Source: an uncultured virus (IMG/VR IMGVR_UViG_3300006467_000155) (lineage: Duplodnaviria; Heunggongvirae; Uroviricota; Caudoviricetes). From it: DNA of 64,000 nt. The position numbers were made by a program, and so were the translations under genes. The stretch is from IMG/VR virus record IMGVR_UViG_3300006467_000155. One strand, given 5' to 3'. The notes under the pieces are model-generated. The model worked only from the letters and a program-made list of their open reading frames with translations, was not told where the DNA came from and made no database searches. This document shows, piece by piece, positions 17,601 through 27,504 of this stretch. Every line of letters starts with the position of its first letter. Position 1 is the first letter of the stretch.

Positions 17601-18081
17601 CAACGACAAGATCGGTGCCCGGTGAAGAGTCTACAAACGCGCCATCACACCAAAGCTCTTTGGTAGTTCCATCACACTGAACAACAAAGTGGTGCCATGT
17701 GCCGGGGGCAAAAAACCCGGCGTTCTGGGTCTCGCCATTCACCATGTTGAACTGGTTGTAGTGAAAATTTGACCCTGCATCACCACCATAGAAATAGAAA
17801 CCGGTGTTTATGTTTCCATTAGTGAGCATGAAGGTCCATTCGGTACCCGAGGCCGGGTTATTGGGTCTTCGTAACCAGAAGGCTACGGCCCATTCAGACA
17901 GGGTGTAAACTGGGCCGCCAAACCTAGCCCTAGTTGACCCCCCATTACACCGCATGGTATTGCCGCCCACCGGGGAAGCACCTACAGGAACAAAGAATCC
18001 AGTGGGGGTTAAAGTCAGATCACCTACGGACGCTGTAAAACCTGTTTCCAGAGGAAAATGCGCCAGTAGTGGAAGGGTCAT
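14602..18081 (-). CDS. Large tail-tip/hub protein: LamG-like N-domain, HETxY and EFNQxW repeats, internal CAP/SCP domain, hub-like C-terminus
   Basis: WAVAFW/WHHFVV...DG (LamG); RHARNMAE...SENI...FWRNSPGHYGN (CAP). Confidence 0.75.
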   Translation of the reverse strand: MTLPLLAHFPLETGFTASVGDLTLTPTGFFVPVGASPVGGNTMRCNGGSTRARFGGPVYTLSEWAVAFWLRRPNNPASGTEWTFMLTNGNINTGFYFYGGDAGSNFHYNQFNMVNGETQNAGFFAPGTWHHFVVQCDGTTKELWCDGAFVDSSPGTDLVVGGSGGLQTLGNNSGSAVADWWDLGIVTRPMTQAEIEGIYSNTTRLPDVGAPLPVLKQHETTYSYLNSLNSQHETLYGIAKAQNFLESQYGVAKATSFHETTYTGGQAPVYQLDGRWFPSFNLPSVRQERTTRNQSPEIQYPIRGSASVTLNTETEVNMDIQPVVVPRGAIADSIFHEVGFNLRVGAASPITEIPFIVRLGQTIKTEKEFNQLWVLDVPMDERIFQMEWELITQDTELVEREFNQEWQIEAKELVEKEFNQRWGLGEVSGSFDQMWALPQWDWIPKILDLMNADRAAQGRTSFLKNWYGNFPELATRHARNMAETDIYAHESSGFPAGYETVYSRIKKLATPYSWASENIMFAAVISSNPEDYPYITPEQAFDFWRNSPGHYGNYTIERPEGSDLYGIVGLEFLVQGSGVEGYEDATVAYAVMKYIDLALYGGEPMIKEREFNQTYRVDSAIMEFHNAVWDTDAYVKVKAKHETGYAIKVAAQHETKMGLLVAAQHETLLMNSLTVLHETSYSQSVFLSWQHETLFGDSPNVLAQNQSEYGDAPRVRAQIETLYSDAPSVSKWHETQYDPSVVVKAQHESSWVLRQVAGRHHETKYGNLVTVTAQLETRFDINVTERVAERHSSFYTLVDDSPIISSNSVTVTLSGVSVEFDTLQVSEDEGELGWRGTVSLSEVADYIRAKKGDSVIVDMAGETYVLEVDTKSLNRADQVRNSMSLGLLSPVVGELSLNSSQVTRVQEAAISARDLVEDIIGRPVVWNILDWNIPAYRFAVRGVTKADAVERVVSACGGVLEAEPDGSLVVNYLYPVAMNAMTVEGADFVLTDEDDNLSQQEFLSGEEVINRIRIRELPSSLSDTIELVKSDDANDRGKLFVYPQPWRDKITVEPTINNGAVFLTRIGVQSRQETQEVEFIEGEASLEYPAVSIDVVEWHSASLGAVGGEARTPRVYASDTSVNYGYGLATITYTVEALVYEVQIPVGQSVQFIVVDTGG
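15732..15745. repeat. 14-bp palindrome copy (exact, intragenic)
   Basis: Encodes DINVT. Confidence 0.95.
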
Positions 18082-18083
18082 GA

Positions 18084-19850
18084 TCAGTCCTCAGATATCG
18101 GGGTTCCGTTAAGCAATGCCGGCTCCGGGCAGATGAAAAGCTCTGAGCTTCTACAGCCTAATGATAGCAGGGCTCTCACTCTGCCGGCATGAGAAACGTA
18201 CACCGGGACGGCAATCTTGTACTTAGTGTGCCCTGCTGGCAACCCCGACCATTGCTCTGTGCTTAAACTTAACACCTCAGGCGTGTCTAGTGGGTCCAAC
18301 TTTCTTGTCGTTCCATAACTGGTCATGTTCCGTAGCTCCCCAGATAGCCCGGGGTCTGTTGTTGAGGGCCCCAGAGCAGTCAGCACCACATCGTCCTGAG
18401 TAAGATCGCCTTTATCCGACACAAAGTAGACCGTTACGGTGTACTTCCCGGGGGTCTGGACATTGGCTTCCATGGCCGGCAACTCTGCCATGTCATAGAA
18501 GGGCTCCAAGTAATCCTTGGTGAGAACGTGCCAGCAGGTATCCGTATCGTACTGATCAACATAGCCCCCGACCCGGTACACCCCATCCACCTTCACCAGA
18601 TCATAGCTATCAGTGTGCTCTGAGAATTTCCCTGCCAAAAAGGACTCCCCCGCCCTACGGCAATTCAAGGCCGTAAGTTTCCACGTTCCCAAAGCCATAC
18701 CGGGTACGCTCTCCCACAAATCTATCCCATCAGGCCAGATACACCCTTCGGCAATAATCTCCACAGGGAATGACCTTGCGGGAGCAAACAGAAATTCGGC
18801 TCTTGTCAGCGCAGAGAAATCACAATCTCGCAGGGTCAGGGTCACCTTGTTGTTTCGTGCCATGTTCTCCAACGATAGGGAGAAGATATTTACGGTCTCC
18901 CACTCCCCCGGGTCTCCATCCATGAACTGGGCATTAAACCCTATAGCAAACCTTGGGTGCTCTGGGTCAGGTAAAAAGTCTGTGGACTCAACCACACTGT
19001 CTGCTTGGAAAATTAGCGCGTTGAATCGGTGGCTATATCTAATCTCACAACCACGAAATTGCCCTCTGACAAAATCCAGACCCATACCCGGGGTGATATC
19101 AGAATCCGTTACGTCTAGGCTCGGGTTACCAATTTGCAGGATAGTCCCTTCTTTACTTCCTGACTCGAAAATAACCTTTGAATTCAAGAACGTGGGTGCT
19201 ACCAGCTTGATAGTATTGAGGGCGTTGATGCCTGTCTTTGTAAACGCGAAAGTCCGTCCTTCGTTGGCCACTTTGTAAGTCAGGGAATCATACATTTCCG
19301 GGCCTCGGACAGGGCTGGACGTGTGGGTCAACTCCTCGTATCCAGACTTCTCCCAGCCAAACTGCCCAACCGGGTTCACACTGATAAACGCAATATTAGT
19401 GAACAACCCGGGCCACAGTGGGGTGCTTTCAAAACCACTGATGTCCTCATACTTCAAGTAGGGGTTTGATAGCACGGCGGTACCTTGCCCTTTGGCAATT
19501 AAGAAATCCGCTCTGCCTGTCGAAGGGATGAATGCTGTTCTGGGTGACCCTAGGGGGTAAGAGGTTGACACTGACATTAGCATTGACAGTAAGCAGGCGG
19601 TTTCCCACCCAAATTCTTCCGAGCCCCAGCAACCCTCCCAGTCTACGGTGTTATCTGTTATCTCCGGATAGCTCCCATCAAGAGTATCGACAAGCCCCGG
19701 TTCTGAGGCTCCGGAAGTGCCCGTGGCACGGCACACAAAGATAGCTTCCAGATTCCAAGAAAACCGAACAAAATCACCCAGAGTGTAGGCCGTGCTCGGT
19801 TGCCACATTGGTATGGTGGCGGGTACTCGACTGTCAACGTAGAAAAGCAT
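18084..19850 (-). CDS. Tail fibre/spike-associated protein with N-terminal CBM-like motif
   Basis: WQPSTAYTLGDFVR...GTSGASEP...DNTVDW. Confidence 0.6.
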   Translation of the reverse strand: MLFYVDSRVPATIPMWQPSTAYTLGDFVRFSWNLEAIFVCRATGTSGASEPGLVDTLDGSYPEITDNTVDWEGCWGSEEFGWETACLLSMLMSVSTSYPLGSPRTAFIPSTGRADFLIAKGQGTAVLSNPYLKYEDISGFESTPLWPGLFTNIAFISVNPVGQFGWEKSGYEELTHTSSPVRGPEMYDSLTYKVANEGRTFAFTKTGINALNTIKLVAPTFLNSKVIFESGSKEGTILQIGNPSLDVTDSDITPGMGLDFVRGQFRGCEIRYSHRFNALIFQADSVVESTDFLPDPEHPRFAIGFNAQFMDGDPGEWETVNIFSLSLENMARNNKVTLTLRDCDFSALTRAEFLFAPARSFPVEIIAEGCIWPDGIDLWESVPGMALGTWKLTALNCRRAGESFLAGKFSEHTDSYDLVKVDGVYRVGGYVDQYDTDTCWHVLTKDYLEPFYDMAELPAMEANVQTPGKYTVTVYFVSDKGDLTQDDVVLTALGPSTTDPGLSGELRNMTSYGTTRKLDPLDTPEVLSLSTEQWSGLPAGHTKYKIAVPVYVSHAGRVRALLSLGCRSSELFICPEPALLNGTPISED

Positions 19851-22198
19851 CAGGCCACCTCAAGATCGAGATCAGGGCATACATACAGGCTACTGCCGGT
19901 GTTCAAAACCAAGTCTACCAGCACCCATCCGACACCAACACCAGTCAAGGATATCTCTATCTTGAACCGCCTCTCGTTGGTGGGGTTGCCTCCAAGCCAC
20001 GATTCCCCGGATTCCTCAGTGACATTAATGTCACTCGTGACAGTATCATTACCTTGTTGGGCGTACTCACTAACCAAACGAGACCCGTCACTGTTTAAGT
20101 GCTGATATCGCAAACCTATTTCTTCTTCGGTAATGAGGGCTGGCTGTGACGACGCCCCTATCTCGACACAGTGAATCACGACAGTCCTATCCCCGCTGGT
20201 GCCATTCCATACCGCCAACTTCAGGGGTGAGAAAGCAAGCATCAAAGTGTTTTGCCAGCCGTGAGAAGTGGACTGCCCTGCTACAAGCAAAGACATTTGC
20301 TGGTTAGAAGCCGACCGGCCATTCTCCCGGTATACCACTTCACTGGGGGTAGCTGAGAACCACCCACAAGTTGAGTGCCCGCCCAGATCGGTAAGCGATT
20401 CCACATCAATCTGCATGAACCCGTACTGATTGTTGTCACTGGTTTCCGGGGTCATGTTCTGCTGGCTACCGCTACCAACAGATCGAACCTTTACAGCATT
20501 TGGGGTTATGGCCAGCCCAAACTTAGGGTTTGAGGTTACCTTGCAGCCTATGAGGCTGTAGCTTATCCGGGCACTGCCAATGGCATAGTTAACAGATTGC
20601 AGCCGGCTCTCTCGAAAGGTCATATCCCCAACCCCATAGGCCGGACCATATAGGTAGGCCTCGGAGGCAGTGTTGAGGGACAGGCCTTTTTCATCCGAAG
20701 TCAGGGACTTGTATCTGTTGATACTTACGTTGTAATCCCACGCATCCACCAGTGCATTCATCAGGACAAGCTGCCTTTCTTTTATCGTTCCGTGCTCCAT
20801 CAGCACGTTGCTGTCCTCAAATCGAACCCTGTCAGGCTTGGAAACAGACAGGTCAAGAATTCCACTGGCCTGCACCCCACTCAGATACAGCCTTTGGTAC
20901 CATGGGTTAAACCGCCCCAGAAGCCCTGTGAACCGCTTTACTCTCTCCCCTTCGTCGTTGTACCACTGATACCGGATTCGGGGCCCGTAGGGTACACGGT
21001 GCTGTGTTAGGAACGTGTCTGCCTTGGCTTCAAACCCATCCAGATTCCCCCCTTGAGGCAACCACAGAGTATCACCCCCTTTGACATAAGGGGCGGAGTC
21101 CTCTAACTGCTTGAACCCGTACTCACGCCTAGTTCCTGTTATCCTCCGCCAAACAACTGATCCATCAAAGGCCCACTCTTGCCGACCCGACCCCAAATCG
21201 AGATCGCTCAAGGGACCGTCATAGCAAATCCCCGGGCGGACACACTCAAGCAATAGTCGAGTGTCTTGGTCATACCGGATATCAAACTGAGACACTTGCT
21301 GCCCTGCAGTCCTCGGAGCATAACCGTACAGTTGATTTACTGATGAGTTAACCCACCACTCTCTTGCTTTCGCCCCACCAAAGACGAAAGACGATCCTTT
21401 TACGGTCTGCCTATGCAGGCGGTCAACTGAAGTTGCGAGACTGCGGTAAGCCACGGGCAACGCTTCTTTCCAAAGAGCCACCCAATAAATTTTGCCGGTA
21501 AAATTCTCGCCAGTAAGCGCATCCCCGGATCGGTGGGCCCCCACCAATACCTTATGGTCTTCCCATGTGGCGTTACCCAAACTGGTGGTAGACGCAGATA
21601 CATACTCGGACACAGATACCCCATGGGAGAGGAATTCAGATTTTATGCTGGTCGTTGACTCCACGGTGAACACACTGGAACTGCATACTCTCCGACCTAC
21701 CCCTAACTCGTGCTGGAAGTCATTAACAAACGGGTTCGAGATCAAGGAGTACTCCGAAGCTCCCCGAGGGTATCGCAAAATCGGGTCTCTGGTGTCGCCA
21801 TTCGTAGTCCCAAACCAAAATTTCTTGCGAGCATTGTTGTTCTCCTGCCAGCAAGAAACCACAACCTCTCTGTTACTGCCCCCGGCCTCGGGCTCGACAC
21901 AATACATGACGGTCATCTTGTCAATTTGACCTTGCCCGACCGGGTGATTTCCGGCATCTACCCAAGCATCAGGGCCACCTGAAAACTCCATATAAGGGAC
22001 TCCGAACGAGTCCACTTTAAGAACCACCCCGGCCCCCTTGGTGGTTTGGGCGTCAATACTGTGCTCCGTAGGGCTGGCCTGAACTTTCGCGTCTTCTTGC
22101 GTTGGGGCGAGCAGGAAGTCTGGGGCTGGAATACCCAGATCAGTGAATGACGTTAATGTCACTCCGGGGGGTTTCGGAACGCCATACTGGTGTCTCAT
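19850..22198 (-). CDS. Tail fibre/spike-associated protein (LamG-like N-domain)
   Basis: LVGAHR...NFTGKIYWVALWKEAL; C-terminal LYVCP.L shared with 18084..19850. Confidence 0.6.
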   Translation of the reverse strand: MRHQYGVPKPPGVTLTSFTDLGIPAPDFLLAPTQEDAKVQASPTEHSIDAQTTKGAGVVLKVDSFGVPYMEFSGGPDAWVDAGNHPVGQGQIDKMTVMYCVEPEAGGSNREVVVSCWQENNNARKKFWFGTTNGDTRDPILRYPRGASEYSLISNPFVNDFQHELGVGRRVCSSSVFTVESTTSIKSEFLSHGVSVSEYVSASTTSLGNATWEDHKVLVGAHRSGDALTGENFTGKIYWVALWKEALPVAYRSLATSVDRLHRQTVKGSSFVFGGAKAREWWVNSSVNQLYGYAPRTAGQQVSQFDIRYDQDTRLLLECVRPGICYDGPLSDLDLGSGRQEWAFDGSVVWRRITGTRREYGFKQLEDSAPYVKGGDTLWLPQGGNLDGFEAKADTFLTQHRVPYGPRIRYQWYNDEGERVKRFTGLLGRFNPWYQRLYLSGVQASGILDLSVSKPDRVRFEDSNVLMEHGTIKERQLVLMNALVDAWDYNVSINRYKSLTSDEKGLSLNTASEAYLYGPAYGVGDMTFRESRLQSVNYAIGSARISYSLIGCKVTSNPKFGLAITPNAVKVRSVGSGSQQNMTPETSDNNQYGFMQIDVESLTDLGGHSTCGWFSATPSEVVYRENGRSASNQQMSLLVAGQSTSHGWQNTLMLAFSPLKLAVWNGTSGDRTVVIHCVEIGASSQPALITEEEIGLRYQHLNSDGSRLVSEYAQQGNDTVTSDINVTEESGESWLGGNPTNERRFKIEISLTGVGVGWVLVDLVLNTGSSLYVCPDLDLEVA
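20020..20033. repeat. 14-bp palindrome copy (exact, intragenic)
   Basis: Encodes DINVT. Confidence 0.95.
22148..22161. repeat. Palindrome variant (intragenic, 1 mismatch)
   Basis: TGACGTTAATGTCA. Confidence 0.8.
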
Positions 22199-22689
22199 AC
22201 GAATTCATAGCTTATGTAGCTGGCCTTGAGGGAGTGTTCATAGGCTCCATCCAGTGGCCCACCAGAATCGTTGGACACGAGGAACCCCATGTACCGGGGT
22301 AGGCTTGGTACAACGCCAAGAATCTCACCCTCCCAAACAACAACAGTATCGGAGGTAGGTGTTGGTATGGTGGCCACTAGTTGGGAATGAACTGGGTCAC
22401 TCACAATATCCCCAACAAAATCCCCGTTCACCGCCCCATCATAGTTATCCGAGAACACCAAGCCATCCAGACTTCCAGCCATATAAATACGGATCGAACC
22501 CCCGGGGGTGACAGTCCCAACCTTGAACTTGGCCTGAAGCCTTATGTTCGTTGCTTTGATCTGGTTGTTATCGACAATTACCAGACCCCGAGTGGTCTGG
22601 TTGTTCATGTTCTGAAGCGGGTTGCCCTCGCCTACATAGGCTGACAGCCAGTTATGCACAGGGCTATACAACGGCTTGGAAATAGACAC
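22195..22689 (-). CDS. Minor virion protein
   Basis: Beta-rich ORF in the tail operon, GTG start. Confidence 0.55.
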   Translation of the reverse strand: MSISKPLYSPVHNWLSAYVGEGNPLQNMNNQTTRGLVIVDNNQIKATNIRLQAKFKVGTVTPGGSIRIYMAGSLDGLVFSDNYDGAVNGDFVGDIVSDPVHSQLVATIPTPTSDTVVVWEGEILGVVPSLPRYMGFLVSNDSGGPLDGAYEHSLKASYISYEFV

Positions 22690-22697
22690 GGGTCACC

Positions 22698-23111
22698 TCA
22701 CAGGTACATGGCTTCGTTGTTGGGGAATGCCAGCACAAAAGATTCATTGGTCAAGTCTGCCGGCATAACAAACTGCTGGCTGAGTATTGGGTATATATTC
22801 GGGTTTGAGCTATTGGCTGTCAAACTACGCTGCCCGATAACCAGAGTCCACGTCTCCCCACTGGTACAGGTAATGGATTCAAAAACTATGGGCCCTGACA
22901 CCTTGAAGATTGACCTTGAGTTCGCCACGTCAGGCTCTACGGTACGGGATGGTAGTTCGGACCAGTAACCACTAGCTCCAAGTGATATCTCACTGTCCGA
23001 TGGCTGGGAATACGGGGTGCTTCTCTGAAGAATGAACGCACTCAGGTTAGCCAGTGAACGCCAATCCAGATCGCCCGAAACTATCCGGTGTCTTGCATAT
23101 GGGAAAATCAT
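22698..23111 (-). CDS. Small fibre subunit-like protein
   Basis: ORF in the tail operon. Confidence 0.55.
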   Translation of the reverse strand: MIFPYARHRIVSGDLDWRSLANLSAFILQRSTPYSQPSDSEISLGASGYWSELPSRTVEPDVANSRSIFKVSGPIVFESITCTSGETWTLVIGQRSLTANSSNPNIYPILSQQFVMPADLTNESFVLAFPNNEAMYL

Positions 23112-24346
23112 GGGGCCACCCCAAATCCAAGGGACAGTTTGCTGAGGGAGTCAGCCGGGGCTGGGGGAACCAGTCGTAGGTACAGCATCATACCTGAGCA
23201 TAGGCCTGCCGGGGTCTCCTCCGCAAACTCATGCAGCTCGTCATCTACCGTGTCTTCCGTAGTTGCGTTGGTGTAACTCTGGTCATTGTACCCCTCTGGG
23301 ACTACACCTGTAGAAATGCCATCCCCGACCCAAGCCGGAAGACTACGAAGGGCTACCAAGGAGCAACCAACCGGTAACCCCCGTAGGTAAGCTACCGCCG
23401 TTTTCGCAGAAGACGATACATTCTGCAGGTAATAAACAGCCTTAGTCTCCAACCAAAAAACAGGGGTACTTCCCGAAGACGGCCACCTATTGGCTGGGAT
23501 TGCCCGGTACCCTGTGTCAGTGTTCGCAGTCAAGTAGACAGAGTAGCTACGATTCTCACTCTGAGCCCCAAACTCATCCGCGTTGATATGAAGCATCACC
23601 CCACCATTAACGGTGTAGAAGTAGTAAAACCCGGTGCTGCTAATGGTCTGGAATGGTGTGTTTTCAGTCCCCCAGTTGTAATACAGGGTCAACCTCAGAG
23701 TGCTCCCACTCACATAAAGCTGGTAGCTTGGGAAATCGTCTTCCATATCCGGGGAAGATACGGCAACGCCATGGGCATCGACATGGGTTACTCCCCTAAT
23801 CTGGTTAAAGGGAAATCCCGGGTAGGGTGGATTAAAACTGGTTGGCTTGATGAACTTGGTTTTAGTGGCTGTGATCAGGCCACCGTGCACCCGGTTATTC
23901 TCCGGAATGTCCTGATCATAAACCGACCGCAAGGCGCACTGATAAAATGTGCCTCCGTCATCCACCAATTGAGTGGTGTCTACATCCAGAACAATGGCTT
24001 CCACCGTACCCCCGGTTCCAGACTGGCTCAGAGTTACCCGGTGCACCTGCCCGTCATCTGGCACTGCCACTGCAGGCTCATAACCGGACAGTCCGATATC
24101 GACGTACAGTAGCCATTCAGAATTCCCAGACTCGTATTCACTGTAAACACGGACTGATCGGGTACTCCCAGAATCCTCCCGGATAAACGCATTCACAAAC
24201 GTAGCTCCGGGAAGAATCAGCCCGGAGTCTACTATGGCCGTAACTTGTTGCCTCGGCATTACCTGACTGCGGACACCCCCAAGAGAATTCTCCGGGTTTG
24301 TGTTGGCCGCCCCGCCAGACATCCATACTAGAAAAGGGAAGCTCAT
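23108..24346 (-). CDS. Minor tail protein (SGGA.N...SLGG family)
   Basis: N-terminal SGGAANTNPENSLGG, C-terminal LYLRLVPPA. Confidence 0.6.
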   Translation of the reverse strand: MSFPFLVWMSGGAANTNPENSLGGVRSQVMPRQQVTAIVDSGLILPGATFVNAFIREDSGSTRSVRVYSEYESGNSEWLLYVDIGLSGYEPAVAVPDDGQVHRVTLSQSGTGGTVEAIVLDVDTTQLVDDGGTFYQCALRSVYDQDIPENNRVHGGLITATKTKFIKPTSFNPPYPGFPFNQIRGVTHVDAHGVAVSSPDMEDDFPSYQLYVSGSTLRLTLYYNWGTENTPFQTISSTGFYYFYTVNGGVMLHINADEFGAQSENRSYSVYLTANTDTGYRAIPANRWPSSGSTPVFWLETKAVYYLQNVSSSAKTAVAYLRGLPVGCSLVALRSLPAWVGDGISTGVVPEGYNDQSYTNATTEDTVDDELHEFAEETPAGLCSGMMLYLRLVPPAPADSLSKLSLGFGVAP

Positions 24347-25134
24347 TACAAAAACGCCGATATGCCAAGCGCAGAGGTATTATTCACTACCTGTGTGCTG
24401 GTCTCTGCTGGAACTGTACGGCGAATCCAGAAAGCCCGGTAATCCCCGGGCCCAAGATCACCAAGCTGAATCCCACTACTTGAGGTTGCCGGGGCTGAGA
24501 ATGACAACCCTACCAGCACCTCCCCCGAGTCTTCTTCATCGGCCAATGGGCCAGAGGCAGAAGCATTCAACCCGTTCGGGTCCAAAGCCAGACTTATAGT
24601 GTCAGCCCCGTCCGGCTGCTTCTTAACAAACAGGCGAACATCTGCGGCAGTCTCGGTCGGGTGGTCATTAATCACATAGAAGCACCGGTAGTCCGTGTAC
24701 CCCGCCAAAGACTGGTTGGCCGTGATGTTATCAAACGTCTCGTTCGGGGCGTTGGATACAACAATGGAATCCTGCAACGTGGACCCGGGTAGACTCGCAT
24801 AGGTAACTTCAACCACCAGATAGCCGGCAGAAGAACCAATGGTATACACCCCATCCTCAGTAACAGCCAGACCAACCCCCTCGACCGCTCCGAATGGTTG
24901 CCATGTCAGTGCCTCACTGGTGGCATTCCAAGCAAGGGTACCGGCCCCGGGTTCATTATTCATGGCGTCAAGAATGACCACCCCCGTTATAGTTGGGGGT
25001 ACCGTGGTATTCTGAGACTTGGGTTTACTGTTGGTCGCCGTAGAGATGGCACCCCCTAAGGAGGCCGCCTGATCTTCATTAGTGGCTCCGCCAGAGTAAG
25101 CCAGCCTAAGGCTACCGATAGATATGTTGGCCAT
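24346..25134 (-). CDS. Minor tail protein (SGGA.N...SLGG family)
   Basis: YSGGATNEDQAASLGG, YRCFYVIN, FWIRRTVPA. Confidence 0.65.
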   Translation of the reverse strand: MANISIGSLRLAYSGGATNEDQAASLGGAISTATNSKPKSQNTTVPPTITGVVILDAMNNEPGAGTLAWNATSEALTWQPFGAVEGVGLAVTEDGVYTIGSSAGYLVVEVTYASLPGSTLQDSIVVSNAPNETFDNITANQSLAGYTDYRCFYVINDHPTETAADVRLFVKKQPDGADTISLALDPNGLNASASGPLADEEDSGEVLVGLSFSAPATSSSGIQLGDLGPGDYRAFWIRRTVPAETSTQVVNNTSALGISAFL

Positions 25135-27122
25135 TACGAAACTCCTATTGGGTAGAATCGGGTTCCGGCCTTTAGTAGTTGCTCTAACTCACCGGCCTCT
25201 CCGTTCAAACTATTGTAGTACTTTAGATCATTTGCGTGATCAAGGTAAGCCATGCTTACTACACGGTTGCCGAAGTCATCTACGGCATGACCCCCAGCAC
25301 GTATAGCTTTTCCTTCGTCCGTCAATAATCTGTGTAGGGGTACCCTCGGGCCCCAGATTGGGGGAGGGGTGTACACTTCCAACGGGTCTGGAAAATCAGA
25401 AGGGAACTGAATAGGGTTCTCCCCCTCCCCGGGCATCATCCCATCAATCACCAAAAACTCATCACTCTGGTCTATTTCAAGGGGGTACACATTATCCACA
25501 TCTTCGTTTTTCCACCCGTAATCAACACCCGGTAGTCCATAGTCCTGAGCAGCAATAGCCGGGAACGGGCGCTCCATAAACTTCAGGTCATACTCGAACT
25601 CCCCGGTATTGTAGAACTCGATCTCATACCGGAAGAACCTCTGCTGGTCCTGCTCCATTTCATAATCGAATTGGAAACTTACGTGGTTATTTCTGGCGTC
25701 CAGAAAATGGGGGTAGCTCCTGCCCCACCACCAATAGTAAAGGAATGGGTCGTTGTCATCCTCCTGCCCTGTGAAAAACTGATCTTTATCCCCCGATATA
25801 ATCCGGTGCAGCGGTAACACCTCCTCACCGTCAACCTCCAACCTCAAGTCTTCAGCGTTGGAGAACCAGCCACTGAGCCTACCATCTCCCGGGTATCTAT
25901 CCTGAGGTTCTGGGATGTTGTAGAGGTCACCGAAGTAGTCATCGTCGTTGGCATAGTTATCGTTACTGTTCCCGGGCAGGTAGGAGGCATCGTATTCACT
26001 ATCCACACCTCGATAGAACCACTGCTCAAACGTCCGCCTACTATCGTGTACTGCTTCAACCAAGACCTCTGAATCTCCACGGTAGTCAACACCGATTACA
26101 TAGCGCCCCTCGATCTTGATCTCTTGATAAATGTTGAAATTCTCCCAGTGGTGAATCAAATCGGGAGAACCCGAATCAGGGTACCGGGTCAACACGCTAT
26201 ACAAAGGCTGTGGGGTGCGCTTCGTGTTAACCGTGATCACAAAGGGTGGGTTGTTACTAAGGTCTTGGAATCTTACTGTCTGGTTCCCAACGGTCACACG
26301 GAAACGATTGAACCCTTTGTGTGTGACATCCACGTCTCCTCGGAATAGGGTTACGTCACACTCCCGGACACATTGTGCCTCAGTACCCGATTCGTTAAAG
26401 AACCATGGAGTCCGGGCCGCCTTAATCACACAGTTAGAGCCTTGGCCTCCCACCGTAGGTGTTTGCTGCCCGAGAGTCACCCACCCTTCAGGGTTGCTGG
26501 TGGGGTTATACAGGGCTTGTTTCTCAATGCGCCACTCATCGGTGTACTCATTGGCGTTCACCCCTTGAGTGGGGAATGGGCGTCTATAGACAACATCCGA
26601 TTGCCCTCTCTTGCAGATAACTACAAGTTGATAGGCTCCTTGGGAATCTTGCCGGACTGCCGCCCCCAGAACGGGGTCAGGGGCCACCGCTATGCAAAAT
26701 CCACTCCTATACACATTGTTGTGTTTCGGGTCCGACCCATAATTGAAAGTGGGTGATGGGAACTGCCTTGACATAGGCCCATGGAAACTTAATCGGAGTC
26801 TCCCCTTCTCCGGCGCTTGTAAGTCAATTTGCGGTCCTCGCCAGTCAATGTTTCCATATAGTTGGGAGCCGGGTATTCCCGTAACCGCCCAATTGACCGA
26901 CCCCGGAGGCTTGGCAATGAATTTAATCGGGTCAGGGCCTCCCTTGGTCCCCGGGAGCTGGAACTTTCCTTCGGAGTCAACGAGGGGCTTTCCCCAGCCG
27001 GCAGGATTATTGTTGCTGGCTGGGAATAGGAAGAATCCGTGTTTCGTTGCTGGCTCATACCGCACTACCCTCCCGAACGGGGACAGCATATTGAAGCCGT
27101 GAACCCCTTTAAGTGTTTCCAT
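25134..27122 (-). CDS. Tail-associated protein
   Basis: 662-aa ORF in the tail operon. Confidence 0.6.
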   Translation of the reverse strand: METLKGVHGFNMLSPFGRVVRYEPATKHGFFLFPASNNNPAGWGKPLVDSEGKFQLPGTKGGPDPIKFIAKPPGSVNWAVTGIPGSQLYGNIDWRGPQIDLQAPEKGRLRLSFHGPMSRQFPSPTFNYGSDPKHNNVYRSGFCIAVAPDPVLGAAVRQDSQGAYQLVVICKRGQSDVVYRRPFPTQGVNANEYTDEWRIEKQALYNPTSNPEGWVTLGQQTPTVGGQGSNCVIKAARTPWFFNESGTEAQCVRECDVTLFRGDVDVTHKGFNRFRVTVGNQTVRFQDLSNNPPFVITVNTKRTPQPLYSVLTRYPDSGSPDLIHHWENFNIYQEIKIEGRYVIGVDYRGDSEVLVEAVHDSRRTFEQWFYRGVDSEYDASYLPGNSNDNYANDDDYFGDLYNIPEPQDRYPGDGRLSGWFSNAEDLRLEVDGEEVLPLHRIISGDKDQFFTGQEDDNDPFLYYWWWGRSYPHFLDARNNHVSFQFDYEMEQDQQRFFRYEIEFYNTGEFEYDLKFMERPFPAIAAQDYGLPGVDYGWKNEDVDNVYPLEIDQSDEFLVIDGMMPGEGENPIQFPSDFPDPLEVYTPPPIWGPRVPLHRLLTDEGKAIRAGGHAVDDFGNRVVSMAYLDHANDLKYYNSLNGEAGELEQLLKAGTRFYPIGVS

Positions 27123-27504
27123 TTCCGAGGACTCCCTGATTTTCGGCTATGGTATTCATTTGATCCGCTCGGGCTTTCCAGCCTTCCGGAAGCCGTTGGG
27201 AGAACTTCTTAACTAATGTTAACGGCACAGTGGATGGGCCACTTTCAGTATACAAAGTTTCACCATCCAGTATGACCGGGCCACCCGTGTCTCTTTCACT
27301 GTCCATGGCTGCCGGGTTATCGAAGTCCATGTACGTTAGCTGCCCTGCGGCATCAGTAAGAACCACCCTGTAGACCGTTTCAACGTAGAGGACTGAACTC
27401 ACCACATCATCCGGAATCTGGTCTTCCTTGAACAACCCTTCTTCAGTGACGCCCAAGGTAGCCACCAGCCGGTAATACTCCCGGTACCCCTTAAATGCTG
27501 GCAT
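27109..27504 (-). CDS. Hypothetical tail-module protein
   Basis: Translationally coupled ORF. Confidence 0.55.
   Translation of the reverse strand: MPAFKGYREYYRLVATLGVTEEGLFKEDQIPDDVVSSVLYVETVYRVVLTDAAGQLTYMDFDNPAAMDSERDTGGPVILDGETLYTESGPSTVPLTLVKKFSQRLPEGWKARADQMNTIAENQGVLGNGNT

Noticed and set aside
9533..22198. Diversity-generating retroelement or invertible tail-fibre system
   Set aside because: No reverse transcriptase, invertase or near-identical nucleotide repeat pair was seen; the repeats are degenerate at protein level.
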